In this document: positions 9,135-16,789 of the stretch, in pieces
Numbering within the stretch: position 1 is the first letter of the stretch
How the letters are laid out: each line of letters begins with the position of its first letter
DNA from: Nostoc sp.
GTDB taxonomy: Bacteria > Cyanobacteriota > Cyanobacteriia > Cyanobacteriales > Nostocaceae
Reading direction: 5' to 3'
NCBI RefSeq assembly: GCF_036917515.1
Contig: NZ_JBALDE010000015.1
Location: forward strand, 12,584 to 44,583
Length of the DNA: 32,000 nucleotides
The notes under the pieces: model-generated
Database searches by the model: none
Seen by the model: the letters and a program-made list of their open reading frames with translations, nothing else
Told to the model about the DNA's origin: nothing
Program-made: the position numbers and the translations under genes

Positions 9135-9694
9135 TGTAGCTTCTCCTTTTATGCAGCTAGCTAAAGGATTATTCCCAAAATCAGCTACAAAATACGTAGG
9201 TGTAGCCCTTCGTAGACATCGCTCATCAACATTTATTATGCATCGGAAAAATACACACTTAAGCAGTTACTTGCTGCGATATCTAAAATAGTCAAGTTTA
9301 GATTTAGCCAATCTTCAATAAACTGATAATTATCGCTCTAATTATATATGTTTTATTTTTAAGTCTTTGTCAAAAAGTTTCTACTACAATACTAATTTTA
9401 AAAGCGTATAACTTGCCTTCTAATTGTGAACTTATCCAAAGAAAAAAAGCAATTCAACTCAAGCCAGCTATCAATATAATCTACGTCTGGAATTGCCATC
9501 TAGTTGGGTTTTGTCGGAATTAGTTGGATCAATCATGCACTTTTTGCGTTATTAGTAATCAATAGACTAGGGAATAGGCATAGTGCATGGGACATGGCAA
9601 ATAGAAATAATTACCAATGCCCAATCTTCAGTGCCCATTACCCCTTATCCCCAGAGGGGGCCCCACCTTCCCCAATGCCCAATGCCCAATAATC

Positions 9695-11275
9695 ATGGCT
9701 CGTACTCCTACATTAAATTTTGATCGTGGCACATTAATTTTGCATCCACCACCACGCGGCAAAGGTTGGATGGACTATGCTACGTGGGATGATAGAGTTG
9801 AAAAATTCCGCATTCCAGCAATTAGATATCGATCGCTAGTGGAAGCACTACAAGCGGAAGATGTGAATTTTATCGATGAGGCAAAGCAATTTTATCCTGT
9901 AGATTTGGTTCCTACTCTGGAAATGGAACCCTATCCCCACCAGACGGAGGCGTTAGCGGCTTGGAAACTAGCGGGTAGACAAGGGGTGGTTGTACTTCCG
10001 ACGGCAGCGGGAAAAACTTATTTAGCGCAAATGGCGATGCAGTCAACGCCACGCACGACGCTGATTGTAGTCCCAACTTTGGATTTAATGCATCAGTGGT
10101 ATGCACATTTAGTAGCGGCTTTCCCCGATGCTGAGGTGGGATTGCTAGGGGGTGGTTCGCGGGATAGAACAGCCATTTTAGTTGCAACTTATGATAGTGC
10201 CGCAATCCATGCTGAGACGTTGGGAAATCAATATGGCTTGATTGTTTTTGATGAATGTCATCATTTACCGACAGATTTTAATCGGGTAATTGCTGAATAT
10301 GCGATCGCACCTTATCGCTTGGGACTCTCCGCGACACCAGAACGCACCGATGGTAAACACGCTGACTTAAATATCCTCATTGGTCAAGAAGTATATCGCA
10401 AACGCGCTGAAGATTTGGCGGGGAAAGCGTTAGCAGAACATGAAATTGTTCAAATTAAGGTTAAGTTATCGCAACTTGAGCGGGAAAGATACAATCAGCT
10501 CATTCAAACTCGCAATGATTTTTTGAAGCAATCAAAGATTTCTTTGAGGAGTTTGCAAGGTTGGCAAATGTTCGTGCAAATGAGTGCGCGATCACAATTT
10601 GGACGTAGAGCAATGTTAGCGCATCGAGAAGCGAAAGATATCGCTTTGGGTACTGATGGAAAATTACGAATTCTAATTGATTTATTGGCAGAACATTATC
10701 CATCACGAATTTTGATTTTTACAGCAGATAATGCAACAGTTTACCGCATTTCTCAAGAGTTGTTAATTCCGGCAATTACTCATCAAACTCCTGTAAAAGA
10801 ACGGCATGAGATATTAACCAAGTTTCGGGAGGGTAAATATAATACTTTAGTTGCTTCTCATGTGTTGAATGAAGGGGTTGATGTGCCTGCGGCTTCTGTG
10901 GCAATTATTTTATCGGGGACGGGTTCGGCTAGGGAGTATACTCAGCGCTTGGGGAGGGTTTTACGGAAGGGGAATATCGAGAATAAGCAGGCGATTTTAT
11001 ATGAGGTAGTAGCGGAGGATACGAGTGAGGAGGGGACTTCGGCTAGGAGAAGAGGACAAGGGGACAAGGGGACAAAGGGGCAAGGGGAAAGGAAAGGGAA
11101 GTTACAGGTTGTGTATGGGAGTGGGAAGGAAAGGAGTTTGAAAGCTGCAGAACAGTTAGAAATTAATTATTCAACCGGAACAAAATTTAAAATCCAAAAT
11201 TTAGATGTTACCGACAGATTTACTGATGCATCGCCAAAACGGGGAGGAGATCATTCCGAAGAGACTGAAGATTGA
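9695..11275 (+). CDS. XPB/Rad25-like superfamily-2 DNA helicase (DEAD/DEAH box helicase)
   Basis: N-terminal FDRGTLILHPPP (XPB damage-recognition-like domain), Walker A LPTAAGKTYLA, motif II FDECHHL, motif III LSATPER, motif VI QRLGRVLR. ATG at 9695 is preferred over the ORF-track start at 9617, which runs through a heptamer repeat. Confidence 0.85.
   Translation: MARTPTLNFDRGTLILHPPPRGKGWMDYATWDDRVEKFRIPAIRYRSLVEALQAEDVNFIDEAKQFYPVDLVPTLEMEPYPHQTEALAAWKLAGRQGVVVLPTAAGKTYLAQMAMQSTPRTTLIVVPTLDLMHQWYAHLVAAFPDAEVGLLGGGSRDRTAILVATYDSAAIHAETLGNQYGLIVFDECHHLPTDFNRVIAEYAIAPYRLGLSATPERTDGKHADLNILIGQEVYRKRAEDLAGKALAEHEIVQIKVKLSQLERERYNQLIQTRNDFLKQSKISLRSLQGWQMFVQMSARSQFGRRAMLAHREAKDIALGTDGKLRILIDLLAEHYPSRILIFTADNATVYRISQELLIPAITHQTPVKERHEILTKFREGKYNTLVASHVLNEGVDVPAASVAIILSGTGSAREYTQRLGRVLRKGNIENKQAILYEVVAEDTSEEGTSARRRGQGDKGTKGQGERKGKLQVVYGSGKERSLKAAEQLEINYSTGTKFKIQNLDVTDRFTDASPKRGGDHSEETED
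11054..11101. repeat. G-rich short tandem repeat (GGGGACAA-type) inside the 3' end of the helicase ORF
   Basis: ggacaaggggacaaggggacaaaggggcaaggggaaaggaaagggaag, translated as GQGDKGTKGQGERKGK. Confidence 0.8.
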
Positions 11276-12419
11276 TAATAAAACTTCAGAGTTGGCGATT
11301 GAGTTAATTAATTATTTTCTATCAGCAGTGGGGAAAACTCAAGGTGTGCTTGAGCGACAACTGACTGATTTTGAAGGAGATTCTACAGATTATCGGCTGA
11401 AGCGAGGGTTAGCTTATATTCTCAAAAGCAGTTTTTGTACTTTTGAGGTGGTAAGTCCTCTGGAACCACAAATGTTAAGAGAACGAGTGTTTTCGTTGGC
11501 TGCAAAGTCTGTTTCTAGTCGAGAATCAACACAAGTTACTTTGAGTAAAATTGCTGATGAGTTAACTCAAGAACTTGAACGGGAAGTTTTATTGGAACAG
11601 GTTCGCAATGGACTATATGCTGATTTATCTGAAAATAAAATTTTGACTGTTTTTGATGCACCAACAGCGCCAGATTTATTAAATAGGTATAACTTATCTC
11701 AAGTACAGGGTGTGTTTTATAAAGCCAGTCAACTTGTATTAAATGCTCACCGGAATGTTCCGGGAGAGTATAAGTTGTTATTTCGCTATCTGAAATTGTT
11801 TCAATTGATGGCTTATATTGAGGGCGATGCTGACCACGGGTTTACAATTACGATAGATGGGCCGACGAGTTTGTTTAATCCTAGTACGCGATATGGGTTA
11901 GCGATCGCTAAACTTATTCCGGCTTTACTTCACGTTACTAAATGGAGTCTTTCTTCGATTCTCCAAACTCGTGATGCTTATACAAATACTTGGAAAACTG
12001 GGCGTTTTACTCTCAATTCTGAATGTGGTTTGGTATCCCACTATCCACCAGGAAAGCCCTACGATAGTATGTTAGAAGCATCCTTTGCTGATAAGTGGGA
12101 TGCGTTAAAAAGTGGTTGGGCGTTAGAGCGAGAAGTTGATTTGATCCCAATTCCTGGTAGTGTGATGATCCCTGATTTTCGCTTAGTGCATCCTGATGGA
12201 CGCACCTTCTTATTAGAAATTGTTGGTTATTGGCGACCTGAATATTTACAAAAGAAGTTTTCTCAGGTGCGGCGGGCTGGACGTGACGACTTAATTTTGG
12301 CAATTTCCGAGCGACTTAATTTAGAAAAGGCGGGAGTAAAATTAAATGATGTTCCCGCCAGAATTGTTTGGTTTAAAGATAAGTTATTGCCGAAAGCTGT
12401 GTTAGCTGTAATGGATTAA
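11205..12419 (+). CDS. DUF790 family protein (Bax1-like PD-(D/E)XK endonuclease partner of XPB)
   Basis: N-terminal MLPTDLL...GEEIIPKRL and C-terminal IPDFRLVHPDGRTFLLEIVGYWRPEYLQKK match my memory of DUF790/Bax1. The gene overlaps the helicase ORF by 71 nt. Confidence 0.8.
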   Translation: MLPTDLLMHRQNGEEIIPKRLKIDNKTSELAIELINYFLSAVGKTQGVLERQLTDFEGDSTDYRLKRGLAYILKSSFCTFEVVSPLEPQMLRERVFSLAAKSVSSRESTQVTLSKIADELTQELEREVLLEQVRNGLYADLSENKILTVFDAPTAPDLLNRYNLSQVQGVFYKASQLVLNAHRNVPGEYKLLFRYLKLFQLMAYIEGDADHGFTITIDGPTSLFNPSTRYGLAIAKLIPALLHVTKWSLSSILQTRDAYTNTWKTGRFTLNSECGLVSHYPPGKPYDSMLEASFADKWDALKSGWALEREVDLIPIPGSVMIPDFRLVHPDGRTFLLEIVGYWRPEYLQKKFSQVRRAGRDDLILAISERLNLEKAGVKLNDVPARIVWFKDKLLPKAVLAVMD

Positions 12420-12434
12420 TTAAGGAGAAATAAG

Positions 12435-12677
12435 ATGAAAAGTATAGAAACAATTGCAATAGTTACTAAAGATGGTAAAATTACAGCGCAAATACCATTG
12501 GATATTCCAGAGGGTGAACATCAGGTGGTAATAGTAATTGATGAAAAGCCATTGGCACAGAAAGTAGAGAATAAAGAAAAGCGTCCTCCTCTAAACTTTC
12601 CTGTAGATAATTATGGTTATTGGCCTGAGAATCTTTCTCTGAGACGTGAGGATATGTATGGTGATTGGGGTCGCTAA
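12435..12677 (+). CDS. putative antitoxin of a PIN-toxin pair
   Basis: An 80-aa ORF with SD AAGGAGA, located 16 nt after the DUF790 stop. It overlaps the start of the downstream PIN gene. Confidence 0.55.
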   Translation: MKSIETIAIVTKDGKITAQIPLDIPEGEHQVVIVIDEKPLAQKVENKEKRPPLNFPVDNYGYWPENLSLRREDMYGDWGR

Positions 12678-13110
12678 CTCTGTATTTCTGGATACGAATA
12701 TTTTAGTTTATGCAAATGTGTCCGAATCTCCCTTTCACCAAGCAGCACTACAGGCTATTGAAAGCCTTTATGACGCAGGAATTGAATTATGGATTAGTCG
12801 CCAGGTATTGCGGGAATTCTTAATGACTCTCAGTCGTCCACAAGCATTGATGAATCCCCGACCTGTTGCGCTCATAATTGACCGTACCCGATTTTTTCAA
12901 GCTCAATTTCAAGTAGCTGACGATACCGCTCAAGTGACAGAAAGACTTTTATCTCTAATGGAGCAAATTACTATTGGTGGTAAGCAAGTTCATGATGCAA
13001 ATATTGTCGCCACGATGCTAGTTTATGGTATTCCTCAATTACTAACTCACAACACAGGTGATTTTGCGAGATTTTCTGGGTTAATTACTGTGTTGCCGTT
13101 ACAAAATTAG
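12658..13110 (+). CDS. vapC: PIN-domain ribonuclease toxin (VapC family)
   Basis: N-terminal FLDTNILVYA and C-terminal DANIVATM...LLTHNTGDF are acidic PIN motifs. Possible starts are ATG 12658 and GTG 12646. Confidence 0.8.
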   Translation: MVIGVANSVFLDTNILVYANVSESPFHQAALQAIESLYDAGIELWISRQVLREFLMTLSRPQALMNPRPVALIIDRTRFFQAQFQVADDTAQVTERLLSLMEQITIGGKQVHDANIVATMLVYGIPQLLTHNTGDFARFSGLITVLPLQN

Positions 13111-13133
13111 ACTGCTTGCTGTAGAAGAAAATT

Positions 13134-13207
13134 GTAGGTTGGGTTAAACGAAGTGAAACCCAACAAATCGCGAAGAATGTTGGGTTTCGTTCCTCAACCC
13201 AACCTAC
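13134..13207. mobile_element. 74-bp nested-hairpin dispersed repeat (MITE-like Nostocales element)
   Basis: Perfect 12-bp termini gtaggttgggtt / aacccaacctac and an inner inverted repeat gaaacccaaca / tgttgggtttc. The sequence is familiar as a dispersed Nostoc repeat. Confidence 0.5.
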
Positions 13208-13253
13208 GCTCTTTAAGGTTTTTGACTAAATTTATTTATGGGGATTAAAAATG

Positions 13254-13283
13254 TTTGACTTTTGACTTTTGACTTTTGACTTT
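13254..13283. repeat. heptamer tandem repeat (TTTGACT)x4, STRR-like
   Basis: Direct reading: tttgacttttgacttttgacttttgacttt. Confidence 0.85.
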
Positions 13284-13297
13284 CCCAAAGGGGCTGA

Positions 13298-13987
13298 TTA
13301 ACCCCAAACACTTCTGTGTTCCCAAAACTGGGTGACTCTTTTTTCCCACTGCTCCCAATAATCTTTGATGACTGCTGATTCAAACCAAAATACCTCTGCT
13401 GGCATTTCTGGAATCGCTACAACCAAGAGAGCGTGCTTTAGCTGAATGCCATAATCTTGATAATACTCGTTAGCTGCTCCTATGTACGCCGTAAGTTGCA
13501 GTGGATGTTCATATAAATGCTCAATTGAACCTTTAGGTTTATCTGCTGTTTTCCACTCGCAAATACAGGGAATACCTTGATAGCTGGCAATACAATCAAC
13601 TTTGCCAGAATAACCCAAATTATTATGGAAAACTGAGCCTTCCACGAGTCTAACTGTGTCGATTTGTTTTAAAACTGGCTTGATACTCTCCCAATAAGGG
13701 CGACTTGCTTCGGGACAAACAGGGTTTTGACCAAGGAGGTAGCGCTCAATTTGCTTGTGTGTATGGGTTCCCCGACGACTAGCAGATGTAGTAATGCGGG
13801 TAGCTTCTTCTGTACCAACACGCGCTTTCCAGTTTAATAATCTGTCTCTATCTGCTTGTGATTTGGTGGCATTAAGTATTGTAGTCACGCTGGGAAAGCG
13901 ATTTCCCTTGGCATCTACATAATATTGTTTACCATTTTCTCTCTTGGATGTGGCATTAATACGTGGTAGCAGTTGGGTATCATGCAT
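13298..13987 (-). CDS. RecB-family PD-(D/E)XK nuclease (phage-type exonuclease-like)
   Basis: A 229-aa ORF with FPSVTTIL, GKVDC (D), CEWKT (ExK) and QLTAY (QxxxY), in the order typical of RecB/Cas4-type nuclease cores. Confidence 0.65.
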   Translation of the reverse strand: MHDTQLLPRINATSKRENGKQYYVDAKGNRFPSVTTILNATKSQADRDRLLNWKARVGTEEATRITTSASRRGTHTHKQIERYLLGQNPVCPEASRPYWESIKPVLKQIDTVRLVEGSVFHNNLGYSGKVDCIASYQGIPCICEWKTADKPKGSIEHLYEHPLQLTAYIGAANEYYQDYGIQLKHALLVVAIPEMPAEVFWFESAVIKDYWEQWEKRVTQFWEHRSVWG

Positions 13988-14085
13988 CAGTTGGTGTGTT
14001 GACTTTAATGTGTGTGATATATTTCCGAAATAGACAGAACTGCATTTGTATTTCCCAGTATGATGTCGTATTTTATTACTAAATT

Positions 14086-14520
14086 ATGGAACCTGTAACA
14101 TTAACAGCAGTTGCAACAGCGATCGCTACTATAGTTTTAACTAAAGCTTTAGAAAAAACTGGCGAAAAGCTTGGGGAAGCAGGGTTAGAAGCAAGCGGTA
14201 AATTAATCGTACAGCTACGTAATAAAAATAAATTGCCTTTGTTAGCAGAGGCAACACCAGAAAATACACAGCCGCCGTTAGATTATGGCAAAGCTGTACT
14301 AGAGTTGAAAGCCGCAGCAGACGCAGATACCGAAATTGCTCAATCAGTGCGGGACGTTGAAGCAGCAGTAAACGCCGATCCTCAAGTAGCGCCAAAAGTC
14401 CAAGTTTTAGCAAATGGGCTGAACTCGCAACCAGCAACTATCATTAATTCTACAAAGTTAGCTGACTCTATTAAAAACGTCTTTCAAGGAAATGTTTTCA
14501 CTGGTACTAATATTTTCTGA
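14086..14520 (+). CDS. small helical protein with hydrophobic N-terminal helix and N/Q/G/T-rich C-terminal tail (possible effector/adaptor module of the downstream STAND NTPase)
   Basis: ATG start, 144 aa. It ends at TGA 14518-14520 in the same reading frame as the next ORF. Confidence 0.55.
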   Translation: MEPVTLTAVATAIATIVLTKALEKTGEKLGEAGLEASGKLIVQLRNKNKLPLLAEATPENTQPPLDYGKAVLELKAAADADTEIAQSVRDVEAAVNADPQVAPKVQVLANGLNSQPATIINSTKLADSIKNVFQGNVFTGTNIF

Positions 14521-16671
14521 TTGCATTCGCCTGGAGGAGAACAGGTAAAGTCAAATCTCGCTAGCGAAATACCGCAAAATTTGCCCTTAAGTGGGGTGGT
14601 GAAGTTTGTTGGACGTGAAGTTGAATTGCGAAATCTCCACCAAATGTTACAGGAAAATGAACAGGTGAGTATAGCTGCTGTTGCTGGCATGGGTGGACTG
14701 GGTAAAACAGAACTGGCCTTACAATATGCAAAGGCTCACCGTGAAATTTACAAAGGTGGAATTTGCTGGTTGCTGGCAAAGGCTGGAGATGTGGGTATTC
14801 AAGTTGTGCAGTTTGCCAGAACGCAGCTTGACTTAAACCCACCAGAAGATTTGGATTTACCCGCGCAAGTGCAATACTGCTTTCGGCTTTGGCGCGAAGG
14901 TAATGTGCTGCTAGTATTAGACGATGTTGGAGAATATCAACAAGTTAAGCCTTATCTACCTTCGCCATCTTCTCGATTTAAAGTGTTGATTACCACGCGC
15001 CAACACTTAGGAGCATCTATAAAGGAATTATCTTTAGATGTATTGCAACCAAAAGCAGCGCTGGAGTTATTAAAGTCATTTTTTAAAGAAACACCACAGC
15101 GAATTGAGCAAGAATTGGCTGTTGCAAATCAATTGTGTGAGTGGTTGGGATATTTGCCTTTGGGTTTGGAATTAGTCGGGCGATATTTGGCGCGAAAACA
15201 AGACCTTTCTTTCACAGAAATGTTGCGGCGGTTGGAGAAAAAGCGACTAGAACAACCCGCCCTTATTAAACCAGAAGGCGACATGACAGCACAACGGGGT
15301 GTGTTAGCAGCCTTTGAGTTGAGTTGGCAGGAATTACAAGACAGCGATAAGCAGCTTGGCTGTTTGCTGAGTTTATTTGCCGCCGCACCTATATCTTGGA
15401 AGTTGGTGGAACAGTGTTTACCAAAGGAAGACGAGGAAGAGTTAGAGGAAATTAGAGATGATACCTTGCTAAAACTGCATTTGCTACAGCGTAAAGGTGA
15501 GGGAATTTACCAACTGCATCCACTGTTAAGGGAGTTTTTCCAATATAAGCTTACAGGTTTAGAGCAGGCAGAAGAATTAAAGCGATCGCTTTGTCGGGTA
15601 ATGGTAGCAGTTGCCAAAGATATTCCTGAAACACCTACCCTTAAGAAAATCACCAATGTTTCTCCCGCCATTCCTCATATAGCTGAAGTAGCGAACAATC
15701 TCATTCAATGCGTTAGCGATGATGATTTAATTTGGGCTTTCCTCGGTAACGCTACATTTTATGATGGTCAAGGTTTATATAACCAAGCTTTACCTTGGTA
15801 TGAGAAGTGTCTAGAAGTCACTAAAAAGTGCTTGGGAGAAGAACATCCATCTGTCGCCCAAAGCCTCAACAACCTAGCGCAACTCTACTACTCCCAAGGC
15901 AGATACAGCGAAGCCGAACCTCTTTGCATCCAAGCTTTGGTAATCAGGCGCAAGCTGCTGGGAGAAGAACATCCAGATATTGCATTTAGCCTCAACAACC
16001 TAGCGTTACTCTACCGTTCCCAAGGCAGATACAGCGAAGCCGAACCTCTTTGCATCCAAGCTTTAGCACTCAGCCGTAAACTACTGGGAGAAGAACATCC
16101 AGATGTTGCATTTAGCCTCAACAACCTAGCGTTACTCTACCGTTCCCAAGGCAGATACAGCGAAGCCGAACCTCTTTGCATCCAAGCTTTGGCACTCAGG
16201 CGCAAGCTGCTGGGAGAAGAACATCCAGATGTTGCATTTAGCCTCAACAACCTAGCAGTACTCTACCGTTCCCAAGGCAGATACAGCGAAGCCGAACCTC
16301 TTTGCATCCAAGCTTTGGTAATCAGGCGCAAGCTGCTGGGAGAAGAACATCCAGATGTTGCATTTAGCCTCAACAACCTAGCGTCACTCTACCGTTCCCA
16401 AGGCAGGTACAGCGAAGCCGAACCCCTTTACATCCAAGCTTTAGCACTCAGGCGTAAACTGCTGGGAGAAGAACATCCTGATGTCGCCAATATCCTCAAC
16501 AACCTAGCGGTACTCTATCATGACCAAGGCAGATACAGCGAAGCCGAACCCCTTTACATCCAAGCTTTGGATATTCTTGAGCGACAGTTAGGGGTGAATC
16601 ATCCCGATACTGTTCATGTCCGTAATGGTTTAGCATATCTACGCGATCGCCTCCCCTCAAATCAAGAATAG
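14521..16671 (+). CDS. NB-ARC (STAND) NTPase with C-terminal TPR repeats, NLR-like
   Basis: FVGRE, Walker A GMGGLGKTELA, Walker B LLVLDDV, VLITTR, GYLPLGLELVG (GLPL) and YQLHPLLREF (MHD-like), followed by seven 42-aa TPRs. The true start is uncertain: TTG 14521, GTG about 14596, or ATG 14644. Confidence 0.85.
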   Translation: MHSPGGEQVKSNLASEIPQNLPLSGVVKFVGREVELRNLHQMLQENEQVSIAAVAGMGGLGKTELALQYAKAHREIYKGGICWLLAKAGDVGIQVVQFARTQLDLNPPEDLDLPAQVQYCFRLWREGNVLLVLDDVGEYQQVKPYLPSPSSRFKVLITTRQHLGASIKELSLDVLQPKAALELLKSFFKETPQRIEQELAVANQLCEWLGYLPLGLELVGRYLARKQDLSFTEMLRRLEKKRLEQPALIKPEGDMTAQRGVLAAFELSWQELQDSDKQLGCLLSLFAAAPISWKLVEQCLPKEDEEELEEIRDDTLLKLHLLQRKGEGIYQLHPLLREFFQYKLTGLEQAEELKRSLCRVMVAVAKDIPETPTLKKITNVSPAIPHIAEVANNLIQCVSDDDLIWAFLGNATFYDGQGLYNQALPWYEKCLEVTKKCLGEEHPSVAQSLNNLAQLYYSQGRYSEAEPLCIQALVIRRKLLGEEHPDIAFSLNNLALLYRSQGRYSEAEPLCIQALALSRKLLGEEHPDVAFSLNNLALLYRSQGRYSEAEPLCIQALALRRKLLGEEHPDVAFSLNNLAVLYRSQGRYSEAEPLCIQALVIRRKLLGEEHPDVAFSLNNLASLYRSQGRYSEAEPLYIQALALRRKLLGEEHPDVANILNNLAVLYHDQGRYSEAEPLYIQALDILERQLGVNHPDTVHVRNGLAYLRDRLPSNQE
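15831..16570 (+). repeat. 126-bp tandem repeat (about 6 units, near-identical at DNA level) encoding the TPR array
   Basis: caaggcagatacagcgaagccgaacc recurs at 15895, 16021, 16147, 16273, 16399 and 16525, an exact 126-nt period. Confidence 0.9.
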
Positions 16672-16789
16672 ACGGTTTTGTGCAAAGCGTACCGTGATAA
16701 AACTGAAAAGTGCGATCGCCTAAACTAAAATTCATATTAAACTAAGTAAAAATGCCTGATTACTTACTCAAAATGGCATTTGACTTATT

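Noticed and set aside
9504-9694. ORF 9504..9692 and the N-terminal extension of the helicase ORF from 9617
   Set aside because: They run through the CCCAATG heptamer repeat. Conserved XPB-like sequence begins right after the ATG at 9695.
14518-14520. TGA as selenocysteine or programmed recoding site
   Set aside because: I cannot identify a SECIS-like hairpin or any other recoding signal. Nonsense mutation or a true gene boundary are simpler explanations. It is reported as a finding without claiming recoding.
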